A DNA stretch of 64,000 nucleotides from Planctomycetota bacterium (lineage in GTDB: Bacteria; Planctomycetota; UBA1135; UBA2386), in assembly GCA_965223545.1 (NCBI GenBank), contig OZ245006.1, positions 4,416,001 through 4,480,000 of the forward strand. The letters run 5' to 3'. Within the stretch, counting starts at the first letter, position 1. Each line of letters starts with the position of its first letter. The notes beneath the pieces were generated by a model. That model was not told the DNA's origin, ran no database searches, and saw only the letters and a program-made list of their open reading frames with translations. Made by a program: the position numbers and the translations under genes. Shown here one piece after another: positions 9,576 to 19,746 of this stretch.

Positions 9576-10889
9576 CTACTTGGTGCCGATGCCGTAGTAC
9601 TCGAAGCCGACCTTGCGCATGCGGGCCGGCTGGAAGATGTTGCGCCCGTCGAACAGCACGGGGGTCTTGAGCAGGCGCTTGATCTCCTCGACGTCGACCT
9701 GTCGGAACGCGTTCCACTCGGTGACCAGGACCAGCGCATCGGCGCCTTCGACGGCGGCGAGGGCGTTGGCGCTGAGGGTGACCTTGTCGCCGATCTTGTC
9801 GCCGAGCGTGCGCTCGGCCTCGTCGTGCGCTTCCGGATCGAACGCAGACACGGTGGCGCCCGCCGCGAGGAGTGCGTCGATCAGCACCACGCTCGGCGCC
9901 TCGCGCATGTCGTCGGTCTTCGGTTTGAAGGCCAGCCCCCACACCGCGAACCGCTTGCCGGTGAGGTCGCTGCCGAAGTGGTTGGTGATCTTGTCGAAGA
10001 GCACCTTCTTCTGCTCGAGGTTGACCTCTTCGACCGCGTCGATGATCTTCGGCGTGTAGCCGGCCGCCATCGCGGTCTTCTGCAGGGCGCGCACGTCCTT
10101 GGGGAAGCACGAGCCACCGTAGCCGATGCCGGCGAACAGGAAGGGGAAGCCGATGCGCGAGTCGGTGGCGATGCCCTTGCGGACCTCGTTGACGTCGGCG
10201 CCGACGCGCTCGCAGATCTGCGCCATCTCGTTCATGAACGAGATGCGCGTCGCCAACATGGCGTTGGCGGCGTACTTGGTCATCTCGGCCGATGCGGGGT
10301 CCATGCAGAGGATCGGCTTGCCGGTGCGTACGAACGGCGCGTAGAGCTCCTGCATGATCTGGGTCGCGCGTTCGCTGTCGCTGCCGATGACGACGCGGTC
10401 CGGCATCATGAAGTCGTCGATCGCGGCACCCTCTTTGAGGAACTCCGGGTTGCTGACCACGTCGTACTCACCGTCGGTGAACTCGCGGATCTTGTCGCGC
10501 ACCTTGACCTGAGTGCCGACCGGCACCGTGCTCTTGTTGACGACGACCTTGTAGCCGTTCAGCGACTTGCCGATGGCTTCGGCGACGGCCAGCACGTGCC
10601 GCAGATCGGCGCTGCCGTCCTCGTCCGGCGGGGTGCCGACGGCGATGAAGCACACCGTGGCCTTCTCCACCGATTCCTCGACGTCGGTGCTGAAGAACAG
10701 CCGGCCTTCCTCGGTGTTGCGCCCGATCAGCTCTTCGAGCCCCGGCTCGTAGATCGGCACCTTGCCCTGTCGAAGACCCTTGATCTTCTTCTCGTCCACG
10801 TCGACGCAGGTGACTCGATTGCCGGTTTCGGCGAAGCAGGTGCCGACTACGAGTCCCACGTAGCCGGTTCCGATGACGCAGATGTTCAT
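9576..10889 (-). CDS. ugd: UDP-glucose 6-dehydrogenase
   Basis: GTGYVG, KSTVPVGT, NPEFLKEG, GYGGSCFPKD, GLAFKPKTDDMRE. Confidence 0.95.
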   Translation of the reverse strand: MNICVIGTGYVGLVVGTCFAETGNRVTCVDVDEKKIKGLRQGKVPIYEPGLEELIGRNTEEGRLFFSTDVEESVEKATVCFIAVGTPPDEDGSADLRHVLAVAEAIGKSLNGYKVVVNKSTVPVGTQVKVRDKIREFTDGEYDVVSNPEFLKEGAAIDDFMMPDRVVIGSDSERATQIMQELYAPFVRTGKPILCMDPASAEMTKYAANAMLATRISFMNEMAQICERVGADVNEVRKGIATDSRIGFPFLFAGIGYGGSCFPKDVRALQKTAMAAGYTPKIIDAVEEVNLEQKKVLFDKITNHFGSDLTGKRFAVWGLAFKPKTDDMREAPSVVLIDALLAAGATVSAFDPEAHDEAERTLGDKIGDKVTLSANALAAVEGADALVLVTEWNAFRQVDVEEIKRLLKTPVLFDGRNIFQPARMRKVGFEYYGIGTK

Positions 10890-11020
10890 GCCGATCTCTC
10901 TGTACTGCGGCCCGATCCAGACCAATCTAGGTTTCGGGCGGGACGGGACCGTAGCTTGCGCGAATCCGGGGTGCAACACAGGTGCGTGGCGCCGAGGCAC
11001 CCCGCCGCTACCATGGGGAG

Positions 11021-11524
11021 ATGCGATTCGGCTTCTCAGCGCTCGCCGGCACCGTCGCCTTCGCCGGCCTCCTCACCCTGCCGAGCTGCTCGTTTCCCCG
11101 CGTCGTCCATGATTTGCACACTCATGCTCCGCCGGCCGAGCTGGGCCGGCCGGGCTGGGTGCGCGGCGTGGCCCGCTTCGGCTCCTGGGTCGGAGCGGTC
11201 GGCGGGGCTGTCGCCTCGGTCGCGGTCCTGCCGATCACGTACCCGATCTCCCTGTTGGCCGATGAACCACTCGGATACTCGCGCGACGAGTTCCTGTTCG
11301 CCCCCCTGACCGCCGGCGCCTCCACCGGCCACTTCATCCTCGGGGCGCCCGCCGACCTGTTGCACTGGCTGGGGTATCGCGCGTGGGTCGACGAGCCGCG
11401 GCCGACCGGCTACGACTTCGTGCCGATGGCGCCACCGGCCGAGCCGGGTGAGATCCGGCCGGAGGGTGGTGGCGAGGGCGGCAGCGAAGCCGATCGCGCT
11501 GGTGAAAGCCCGCGCGGCGGTTAG
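11021..11524 (+). CDS. Hypothetical membrane lipoprotein
   Basis: GGGGAG before ATG; signal ending LPSC; hydrophobic core. Confidence 0.6.
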   Translation: MRFGFSALAGTVAFAGLLTLPSCSFPRVVHDLHTHAPPAELGRPGWVRGVARFGSWVGAVGGAVASVAVLPITYPISLLADEPLGYSRDEFLFAPLTAGASTGHFILGAPADLLHWLGYRAWVDEPRPTGYDFVPMAPPAEPGEIRPEGGGEGGSEADRAGESPRGG

Positions 11525-11539
11525 CATCGGGCTCCCCGT

Positions 11540-11616
11540 GGGCCCGTAGCTCAGTTGGTCAGAGCGTCTGGTTTACACCCAGAAGGTCCCCCGTTCGAGC
11601 CGGGGCGGGCCCACCA
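11540..11616 (+). tRNA. tRNA-Val (anticodon TAC)
   Basis: Acceptor GGGCCCG/CGGGCCC, D arm GCTC/GAGC, anticodon stem TCTGG/CCAGA with loop TTTACAC, T loop TTCGAGC, encoded CCA. Confidence 0.97.
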
Positions 11617-11638
11617 AGTTCGGGTCGACTCCAGCACG

Positions 11639-14569
11639 TCACCGTTCGGACAGAATCTCGAAGGTGTGCGCGGCGCGCGTCACCGTCCAAACCACGCGGC
11701 TGCCGTCGACCGACCAGCGCGGCAGGTCACCGGTGCCCGGCACCCCGTGCGCGATCACTCGTTGCTCTGTCAAGTCGTAGATGTGCATCGCGTTGGTCTC
11801 CTCTGCGGAGAAGCTGTGGAAGAACAGCGAGCGCCCGTCGGGTGACCAGACGCCGCCGTAGTCCCAGTGATTGGCTTGCTCGAACGCGTGCCGGCTCTGT
11901 CTCTCGCTGGTGAACGCGAAGCGAACCTCGGAGCGCCCCGAATTCGCGGCTCCGACGTAGGTGCAGAACGCCCCCGAGGGATGCCAAGAGAGATTCTCCT
12001 TGTAGGTGTCTTCGGTCGGAGTGAGGCAGACCTGCTGACCGTCGCGAGGATCGATGAGGTAGAGCCGGTTGGTGCTGCCGCCGGGCTGTTGTCGGAGCGC
12101 GGCGAGCAGGCTCGTGCGCGGCGACCAGGCGATCTCGGGATGCCATCTGTGGCCTTCGCCCACGGGTCGGGGCGGCGCCTGCCCGTTCACCGGTGCAATG
12201 AAGAGGGCGCCCTGATCGACGTAGGCGAGGGTGTGGCCGTCGGCTGACCAGCGGGGTACGGCGGGGCCGGTGGTACGGGCGATGATCCGCGCCCGCCCGC
12301 CTGCCACCGGGACGATCCGAACCGAGTGCTCGGTGCCGGTGCGGGCGGCATAGGCGACCGACGCCCCGTCCGGGGACACGTCGTACGAGTAGCAGAAATG
12401 CGCGCCGTCCGCGGGGCCCGTGCCGGGTCCACCGGCCAAGTCCGGCGCGAGCAGGCGGGGGTCGCCGCCGCTGACGGGTACCGCGTGGAGTCCTGGCGTG
12501 CTCGGATCCTCCGCTAGATAGAGGATGGTCTGGCCATCTGGTGACAGGCTGGCGTTGGCCCCGCGAATCACCGAACTGGCGGCGTCGAACGCGTTGTCGC
12601 GGGCGACCAAGACTGTCCTGGACTTGCGCACGACGGCATAGGAGACGCCGGCGCGCGAGGCGACCGGCCGGTGCACGCCCGCGTCTACGTAGTGCGTCAG
12701 CTGCGTGGCCGGTTGCATCGGGCGGCCGGTCTCCGCATCGAACGGCATGCGCCACAGGCTGTTGCCCGCGGATCTGTCGGCGGAATCGGCTGTGTAGAAG
12801 ACGTGTTTGCCGTCGGCGCTCCAGGTGGGGTGGCGCCCGCCGGGCACAGCCAGGGTCGGCGCGGTCTCGTCCGCGCCCGCCGCAATGATCCAGACCCCAC
12901 CGTCCGTTCGCGATCGGACCCCCACCAGCAACCATCGTCCGTCGGCCGAAACGCCACCGAGGGAGAGGGCTTCTCCGGGAGAGGATCGATGCCAACGTTG
13001 CGCACCACTCTCCGCGTCGTGCGCGACGATCCGATCGTCGAGTGCGCAGATCCAGAGCTCTCCGCCGGTCGAGGCGCACAGGTCACGCAGTCGGCCGGTT
13101 ACCGAGAAGACCTCGCGCGGGTGGCCCGTGTCGACATCGAGGCACCGAACCTCCCAGTGGCCAATTCTGTCCTGCCGTTGCACCGCGATCGCGATTGCAT
13201 CTCGTCGCGGCCACCAGCGTGGCAGTCCCCAGATCTCGCCGTCAGCGGCCCGCCCGAGCACATCTGCGGCGGACTTGCGCCGGTCCCAAATGCGCAGCTC
13301 GTCGCCGACGAGGTGGACGATGCGCTGGCCGTCTCGGTCGACATCGAATGCGCGGGCGCGCCCCCCGCCGCTCTCCAGCTGCAACTCGGGAATGTCGACC
13401 AGCGTGCGCAGCCGCGGTGGGTCGTCGGCCGCGGGGTGCAGCGCGAACGCCCACGCAGCAGCGGCCGCGAGCACCGCGCCGGCTGCCGCTCTCGTCGTGG
13501 GTTGCCGCCGCACTCGGCGCCACCAGCGCGTGTGTAGCGTCGACGGCCGCGCCGACACCGATCGGCCCGCGAGCCAGCGGCGCAGATCCTCGGCCAGGGC
13601 CGAGACCGAGCGGTAGCGGTCTTCCCTCTCGACCTCGATCGCCTGCATCACGACATCGCTCAGTGCGCGCGACACCTCCGCGCACGAAGCGGGTGGTGTT
13701 GGTGGAGTGCCGAGCTTGAGCAGTGCCTCGGCCAGGCTGCGGCTGACGCCGAACGGCGGGGCGCCGGTGAGCAGCTCGTAGAGGACGGCGCCGATCGAGT
13801 ACACATCGGCGCGCGCGTCGAGGGCGTCGGCGCCCCGGAGTTGCTCGGGACTCATGTACGGCAGCGTGCCGACGGGCGACGCCAGCATTGTCCGCGACAC
13901 TGCGGCCTGCCCCGTGGCGCGCAGAAAGCGCGCCAAGCCGAAGTCGAGCACGCGGGGCTTGCCGTCGCCATCGACGAGCAAGTTGCCGGGTTTCAGGTCG
14001 AGGTGCAGCACGCCGCGATCGTGGGCGTGGTGTACGGCTTCGGCCACTCGCAGGCAGAGATCGACGCGCCCGTGTACATCGAGTGCGTGCGATTGACAGT
14101 AGCGGTCCAGCGACACGCCTTCGACGAGCTCCATGACCATGTAGAGCTCTCCGTCGTGATCGCCGGCGTCGTGGATGGTGACCAGGCCTACGTGCTGTAG
14201 ACGGCCGAGGGCCTGCACTTCGCGCCGGAACAAACGCGCCGCCCGGTCGCCGCCGACAGACCGCTGCATCACCTTCACCGCGACTCGCCGTCGCGGCTGG
14301 TCTTGTTCGGCCTCGTACACGACGCCCATGCCGCCTTCGCCGATCCGTCGCAGGATCCGGTACGAACCCATCCGGGTCGGCGTGGATTGACCCTTCGGGC
14401 GGCAAACCGACTCGAGGGCCGCGTGCAACCGCGAGAGTTCGCTGAGTCGGTCCGCGCATCGCGTGCAGCTGGAGACATGGCGCTGGAGCACGTCGGTGTC
14501 GGCGGCCGCCGGTTGGTCGAGCATGTCCCAGAGGGCCTCGTCGTCGACGCCGCAGTGGCGCGTGCTCAA
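11639..14569 (-). CDS. Membrane Ser/Thr protein kinase with N-terminal HxxxCxxC zinc finger and C-terminal TolB/PD40-like propellers
   Basis: HVSSCTRC; IGEGGMGVVY, VAVK, HLDLKPGN, DFG, YMSPEQ; TM; WSPDG repeats; TTG start overlaps sigma stop. Confidence 0.9.
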   Translation of the reverse strand: MSTRHCGVDDEALWDMLDQPAAADTDVLQRHVSSCTRCADRLSELSRLHAALESVCRPKGQSTPTRMGSYRILRRIGEGGMGVVYEAEQDQPRRRVAVKVMQRSVGGDRAARLFRREVQALGRLQHVGLVTIHDAGDHDGELYMVMELVEGVSLDRYCQSHALDVHGRVDLCLRVAEAVHHAHDRGVLHLDLKPGNLLVDGDGKPRVLDFGLARFLRATGQAAVSRTMLASPVGTLPYMSPEQLRGADALDARADVYSIGAVLYELLTGAPPFGVSRSLAEALLKLGTPPTPPASCAEVSRALSDVVMQAIEVEREDRYRSVSALAEDLRRWLAGRSVSARPSTLHTRWWRRVRRQPTTRAAAGAVLAAAAAWAFALHPAADDPPRLRTLVDIPELQLESGGGRARAFDVDRDGQRIVHLVGDELRIWDRRKSAADVLGRAADGEIWGLPRWWPRRDAIAIAVQRQDRIGHWEVRCLDVDTGHPREVFSVTGRLRDLCASTGGELWICALDDRIVAHDAESGAQRWHRSSPGEALSLGGVSADGRWLLVGVRSRTDGGVWIIAAGADETAPTLAVPGGRHPTWSADGKHVFYTADSADRSAGNSLWRMPFDAETGRPMQPATQLTHYVDAGVHRPVASRAGVSYAVVRKSRTVLVARDNAFDAASSVIRGANASLSPDGQTILYLAEDPSTPGLHAVPVSGGDPRLLAPDLAGGPGTGPADGAHFCYSYDVSPDGASVAYAARTGTEHSVRIVPVAGGRARIIARTTGPAVPRWSADGHTLAYVDQGALFIAPVNGQAPPRPVGEGHRWHPEIAWSPRTSLLAALRQQPGGSTNRLYLIDPRDGQQVCLTPTEDTYKENLSWHPSGAFCTYVGAANSGRSEVRFAFTSERQSRHAFEQANHWDYGGVWSPDGRSLFFHSFSAEETNAMHIYDLTEQRVIAHGVPGTGDLPRWSVDGSRVVWTVTRAAHTFEILSER

Positions 14570-15129
14570 CGGATGCCGCTCCTCGGGGTCCGCTCCAACC
14601 GCGCCGCGAGCTCGGAGCGGGCCTTCCACAGTCGTCCCTTTACCGCTGCCTCGCTGACTTCGAGCACCTCGGCGATCTTCGCTCGGCTCATGTCCTCGAA
14701 GTAGCGCAGGAACAGCACCTCGGCGTGTGCCTGGGTCAGCGTTTCCATCGCCGCCGCGACCCGTTGCTCGCGGCGGTGACGATCCAGCGACGTTTCCACT
14801 CCCGTGCGGTTGGAGATCGCTTGTGAGGGTCGGAACTCCACGCGCATGCCCAACTTCGAGTTTCGCTTGCACTCGGTGAGGCAGTGGTTGCGCGCGATGC
14901 GGTAGAGCCAGCTGCGCAGCGAGCCGGTCGGCCACGGCGCCGCCGCGGCTTTCGCGATCACCTCCTGGGCCGCGTCCTCGGCGTCGTGATCCGAGCCGAG
15001 ATAGCCCCGACAAAACCCCTGGATGCGAGCGCCGTGCTGCGCCAACAGCTCCATCGCGGCCGCTCGATCCCCATGCCGTGCTCGCGTCGCGAGCTCGTCT
15101 TCGGCGTCGGTTCGCCTCGCGTTGTCCAT
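14566..15129 (-). CDS. ECF sigma factor coupled to the kinase
   Basis: DAEDAAQEV, WLYRIARNHC, AKIAEVLEVSEAAVKGRLWKAR; alternative start at 15165. Confidence 0.9.
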   Translation of the reverse strand: MDNARRTDAEDELATRARHGDRAAAMELLAQHGARIQGFCRGYLGSDHDAEDAAQEVIAKAAAAPWPTGSLRSWLYRIARNHCLTECKRNSKLGMRVEFRPSQAISNRTGVETSLDRHRREQRVAAAMETLTQAHAEVLFLRYFEDMSRAKIAEVLEVSEAAVKGRLWKARSELAARLERTPRSGIR

Positions 15130-15331
15130 CGGCAGAGAAGTGATGCTATCGCTCCTCTTGAACATGGCCAACCGGCCCCGGCGGACCCGAAAAACCGGGG
15201 AGCTGTCGCGTTCTCTTCGTGGGTCGATTCGCTGGTGGGGGCTGATTTCGCCGGCCGCGTGTCGCGGCGCGGAGTGGGTTGGATGGCGGCGACCGCCGCC
15301 CGTTGTCTTCCCTGGATCCCGGAGGCCCCGA

Positions 15332-17422
15332 ATGCACAGACCCCACCTCATCCGCGCCGCCCTTCTCGGAGCCGGCGCGGGGCTCCTCGCGCTGCCCGTC
15401 GGCGCGCAGATCACCGTTGACTACCTGAACTTCCACGGCGCGACCGAAGGGATCGCCGTCGATGATGCGGGACACGCGTACGTCGTTGGTTTGGCCGGCC
15501 CGCTCGTCGGCAACCCGCCGTGCATACCGAGCGTTGCGACGGATGCGGCCTGGATCGCGAAGTTGGACTTGGATGGTGAGATCCTGTGGTCGCGACGGAT
15601 TGGCGCCTCCCCGTGGGGGATCACCGTCGACAAGGCCGGGCAGAACGTCTACTTCGTCGGCCGCGGCGGGATCCCCAGCCAGTTCCCGCAGCTGGGGTAC
15701 GACCCCACTCCTGCGGGCGGCCGGGATGGGTTCGTCGCGCGGCTGGACGCGACCAACGGTTGCCCGATCTCGATGACCTACTTCGGCGACCGCCCGGACC
15801 CCTTCATCACGACGCCACACGACGTCGCCGTCGACGAGGCCACCGGCCACGTACACGTCGTCGCGACGACGGGGGACGAGACCTACACCCCGACGGCGGT
15901 GTTGGCGGGCTACATCCCCGCCGGGGGGAGCCCCGAGGCGATTGCGGTGGGCTTCGACGCGACGCTGCAGACGCGCAACTACTTCGTCTATCTGCCCGGT
16001 GGCAGCGACCGCGACAACGCGCAGGCCGTCGACGTGGACTCGACCGGCATCTACATCTCCGGCAGCACCGAGTCCACTGACTTGACCTTCTCCCCGCAGC
16101 GCATCGGCCCGGGAGGACGGGGCGACGCGTTCGTCATGAAGCTGGATCCGACTGCCAGCACTCTCCTCTACGCGACGATCATCGGCGGATCACGTGGCGA
16201 ATGCCTGCAGGGGTCCAACGCCGTCGGCTCGCAGAACCAGGGCTCGTGGCTAGCGATCGACGACAGCGGTTGCGTTGCGGTTGCATCGTGGACGGCGTCC
16301 AATGATTTTCCGGTCACGGTCGGTTCGGCCGGCCTTGGGCAGGACGACGTGTTCGTCACCAGGCTGCTCCCCTCCGGTGCCCTGGATTGGTCGCGAGTGA
16401 TTGGCGGCAGCCGCAACGACAACGCGCTGGGGATCGCGAGGGATGCGGCAGCGGGCACCCTCTACGCCGTTGGACAGACGAAGTCGTCCGAGTTCCCGGT
16501 TCCCGGCGGTCTGGTCACCGCACTCGTCGGCAGACGCGATGCGTTCGTGGTCGAGCTCGACGAGGTGAGCGGCGCGTTGATGACCGGGACTCTGCTGGGT
16601 GGATCCGACAACGACGTGGCCAACGGGGGAGTGGCCACCGACGGTCGTGGCGGCGTCTACGTCACCGGCCACGGTTCGGCCGGATTCCAACCCGCGCTCA
16701 CCTCGACGACGTTCACGACCAATGCCTTCGCCGCGAAGCTCCGCTTCGTACCGCCGCCACCGGTGCCCCGCATCGACGTCGCGCCGACGTCCGGACTCGA
16801 AACGACCGAAGGTGGTGGCACGGATGCCTTCGACGTCGTTCTCGGCACGCAGCCGGCCGCGCCGGTTGCGGTCGATTTGTGGAGCAGTGATACCACCGAA
16901 GGCCTGGTTTCGGCGGCGGGTCAGACGCCGACCACGGTCGTCACGCTCGTGTTCGACTCGATCAACTGGAGTACTCCGCAGACCGTGACCGTGCACGGAC
17001 AGCAAGACCCCGACCTCGACGGGGACGTGCCGTACACGGTCGTCACCAATCCCGCGGTCAGCAGCGATCCGGACTACGCCGCGCTCGACGCGACTGATGT
17101 GTCGGTGACGAACATCGACGACGAAGTGGCTCCCGGCATTGCGGTGGACGGCATCTCTCCCGGGTCGATGAACGCAGGAGACTCGGTGGCGGTGACGATC
17201 ACCGGGAGTGGGTTCGCTGTGGGGGCGGCCGTCAGTCTGGAAGCCGGCACGGGACCAGCGCCGGAGGTGACCGGCGTGATCGTCGTCTCTGAGACCACGA
17301 TCACAGCGACGTTTGGCGCGAGTAGCGCCGGTCCTCGCGGGATCCGCACGTGGGACGTGCGGGTGACCAACCCGGATGCATCCACCGGGGTGCTCGCGGG
17401 AGGGTTCCAGGTGATCAAGTAG
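15332..17422 (+). CDS. Secreted SBBP beta-propeller protein with Calx-beta-like and IPT/TIG-like C-terminal domains
   Basis: GGAGG SD; signal peptide; GGxxDAFVxKL repeats; NWSTPQTVTV; VTITGSGF..VRVTNPD. Confidence 0.8.
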   Translation: MHRPHLIRAALLGAGAGLLALPVGAQITVDYLNFHGATEGIAVDDAGHAYVVGLAGPLVGNPPCIPSVATDAAWIAKLDLDGEILWSRRIGASPWGITVDKAGQNVYFVGRGGIPSQFPQLGYDPTPAGGRDGFVARLDATNGCPISMTYFGDRPDPFITTPHDVAVDEATGHVHVVATTGDETYTPTAVLAGYIPAGGSPEAIAVGFDATLQTRNYFVYLPGGSDRDNAQAVDVDSTGIYISGSTESTDLTFSPQRIGPGGRGDAFVMKLDPTASTLLYATIIGGSRGECLQGSNAVGSQNQGSWLAIDDSGCVAVASWTASNDFPVTVGSAGLGQDDVFVTRLLPSGALDWSRVIGGSRNDNALGIARDAAAGTLYAVGQTKSSEFPVPGGLVTALVGRRDAFVVELDEVSGALMTGTLLGGSDNDVANGGVATDGRGGVYVTGHGSAGFQPALTSTTFTTNAFAAKLRFVPPPPVPRIDVAPTSGLETTEGGGTDAFDVVLGTQPAAPVAVDLWSSDTTEGLVSAAGQTPTTVVTLVFDSINWSTPQTVTVHGQQDPDLDGDVPYTVVTNPAVSSDPDYAALDATDVSVTNIDDEVAPGIAVDGISPGSMNAGDSVAVTITGSGFAVGAAVSLEAGTGPAPEVTGVIVVSETTITATFGASSAGPRGIRTWDVRVTNPDASTGVLAGGFQVIK

Positions 17423-17562
17423 GCCGCCATCCTGTTTTCGTGTCCGACCCGCTCCATCGGGTGTGCTCGATCATGACGTTCCGGCAATCGCCCCCCTCCG
17501 CCAGCCGCTGCGCTCCGAAACAGAGATCGAGCTGTCGGTCGGGCTCCATCGAGGTTCCCGCC

Positions 17563-19146
17563 ATGCCCAGTGTCCACTCTTCAGCGTTCGAGCCGTTCCT
17601 TCCCCGCTTCGCCGTCGCCACGCTGGCTCTCGTCGGCGCCGTCGCCGCACAGTCCCCCTACGCCACGATTCTCTCGCCCCGATACCCGTTCTTCGGCGAG
17701 GGTGTGGACATCCTGGGCGATCTCGACGGCGATGGGGCCGATGAGTTCATCGTTTCGTCGCGCGTCGAGACCACCATCTTCGACGGGCGCACCGGCGTCG
17801 AGGTGGTCAGCCTCGAGAGTGCTCCGGGCGCTGGCTTCACCTGGGCGAGCGCGGCCGGCGATGCGAATCAGGACGGCGTTCCCGACCTACTGGTGGGCAT
17901 CGACGATCAGGTGGGCCCGGGCGTCGCGATGGTGCTGTTCGGGCCGAGCTGGACCTCGCAGCCATCCCACACTTGGTCGGGCACGGTGAATGGCGAAGGC
18001 TACGGCAGCTACGTCCGCAATGTCGGCGATGTCGATGGCGACGGAGTCGGTGACCTCGGCGTGTGCTCGCCGCAATGGGGTATCCCGCTCCCCGGCTATA
18101 CCGAGATTCGCTCGGGCAAGACCGGTGCGCTGCTCGCGACCTTCACGGGAGGCGCCTACACCATGGGCGGCGTCGGCGACATCGACGGCGACGGGCTCGG
18201 CGACGTGGTCGTCGACGATCCCGCCGCGGGCCGCACCACGCTGTTCTCGGTGGCTCCGCCCGCCGTGTTGCGCGAGTGGCCGATCGCGCGCACCGGCTTC
18301 GGCGACAACCCGGCGGGCGTCGGCGATGTCGACGGCGACGGCGTCAACGACGTCCTGCTCTCCGACGAGCTCTTTGGTTTCTCGGGAGCTTCGCGCGCGG
18401 GGGCCATCCGGGTCTACTCCGGCCAAACCGGAGCCTTGATCAAGGTCTTGCGGGGCACCACGGCGAATCAGAGGTTTGGCCGAACGCTGGACGTCATCGG
18501 CGACCTCAACGGCGACGGCGTCGACGAGATCTGGGTCGGCACCGGTGGTCTGAGCGGAGTGCCGGATACGGTGTTCGTCGTCGATGTCGTGAGCGGCATC
18601 CACTTGTTCAGCGAAACGCGCGCGGGCGTCCGCTTCGGTCATTGGCTGGGAGCGGGCGGCGACGTGAATGGCGATGGGGTCCCCGACGCCATCGCGGGTG
18701 CGCCGCTGACTTCGCTGCCACCCAACGGCTACGCCTACCTGGTCTCCGGAGCCAGATTGTCGCTGGTCACCGACACTCCCTTCCTGCCGATTTCGACGGG
18801 TGGAACCCAGGTGCTCGACGTCAGTGCGGGCGTTGGCCGTGCCGGGCTGCCGTATCTCTTGTTGGGTTCTGCCAGCGGGACGGCGCCCGGCTTCTCGCTG
18901 GGCACCACCGCGGTTCCACTCAACCCGGATGGCTACTTGGCGCACACCGCGCAGTTCCCGAACCTCCCACCGCTCGTCAACTCGGCGGGAATCCTGGACA
19001 GGGTCGGTCAAGCGCAGGCGAGCCTGGTTTTGCCCGCGGGATTGCCGCCGGTGTTGGTCGGCCTCGAGCTCGAGCACGCGTGTGTCGTGCTAGCGACGGG
19101 GGCGCCGTTCGCGACCAACGCAATGCCGTTGACCTTGGTGAACTGA
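17563..19146 (+). CDS. Secreted FG-GAP (integrin-alpha-like) repeat protein
   Basis: About seven GD(L/V/I)DGDG.D repeats; signal peptide. Confidence 0.85.
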   Translation: MPSVHSSAFEPFLPRFAVATLALVGAVAAQSPYATILSPRYPFFGEGVDILGDLDGDGADEFIVSSRVETTIFDGRTGVEVVSLESAPGAGFTWASAAGDANQDGVPDLLVGIDDQVGPGVAMVLFGPSWTSQPSHTWSGTVNGEGYGSYVRNVGDVDGDGVGDLGVCSPQWGIPLPGYTEIRSGKTGALLATFTGGAYTMGGVGDIDGDGLGDVVVDDPAAGRTTLFSVAPPAVLREWPIARTGFGDNPAGVGDVDGDGVNDVLLSDELFGFSGASRAGAIRVYSGQTGALIKVLRGTTANQRFGRTLDVIGDLNGDGVDEIWVGTGGLSGVPDTVFVVDVVSGIHLFSETRAGVRFGHWLGAGGDVNGDGVPDAIAGAPLTSLPPNGYAYLVSGARLSLVTDTPFLPISTGGTQVLDVSAGVGRAGLPYLLLGSASGTAPGFSLGTTAVPLNPDGYLAHTAQFPNLPPLVNSAGILDRVGQAQASLVLPAGLPPVLVGLELEHACVVLATGAPFATNAMPLTLVN

Positions 19147-19153
19147 ACGACCG

Positions 19154-19492
19154 TCAGCCGAGGACGTGCAGGGGCCCGGTGGCGTAGAGGCCATTGGGAA
19201 AGAACGCCTCCCAGACCAATCCGCCCGGCCCCTCGGTGATGATCAGAATGATCCCGGTCGCCGGGTCGAGGAACGTGACCGGCATCACGCCCACCGGCGA
19301 GGTGCGCTTGCCGTTGAAGGAGGCGTTGCCGTTGTTGTCGACGAACGTTCCGGTGCCGTCGGGCTCGCTGTGCGTGAACGTGCCGAGGCTCTGACCGTTC
19401 GCGTCCTGAACGTCGTACTGGACCTGGACTTGTGCGTGGCCGATCGCGCAGAGAACGAAGATGGCGAGGAACGAGAACACTGTGCGTCGCAT
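19154..19492 (-). CDS. Small secreted hypothetical protein
   Basis: Signal peptide MRRTVFSFLAIFVLCAIGHAQ; typical codon pattern. Confidence 0.7.
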   Translation of the reverse strand: MRRTVFSFLAIFVLCAIGHAQVQVQYDVQDANGQSLGTFTHSEPDGTGTFVDNNGNASFNGKRTSPVGVMPVTFLDPATGIILIITEGPGGLVWEAFFPNGLYATGPLHVLG

Positions 19493-19746
19493 GACAGTGG
19501 CTTTCGAGTAGGGGTCGTTGCCGCGCGGAGCGTGCGGGGGCGCGTCGGTGCGCCTCGCAGTGCCGCGTCCCAACGACCGGACGCCCTCTTAATCCGCAAC
19601 GTTCGCGCGAAACCGGAGGTGGTTTGCGCAACATCGTCGTCGGCAGCAGGTGCTTCTTGGTTTCTGCGTGACTCCGAGCTGCGAGCTGGTCCTGGACTCC
19701 TCGGGTCAACATCGGCCCGAAGCGACCAGAACAAGGAGTCTTCTCG

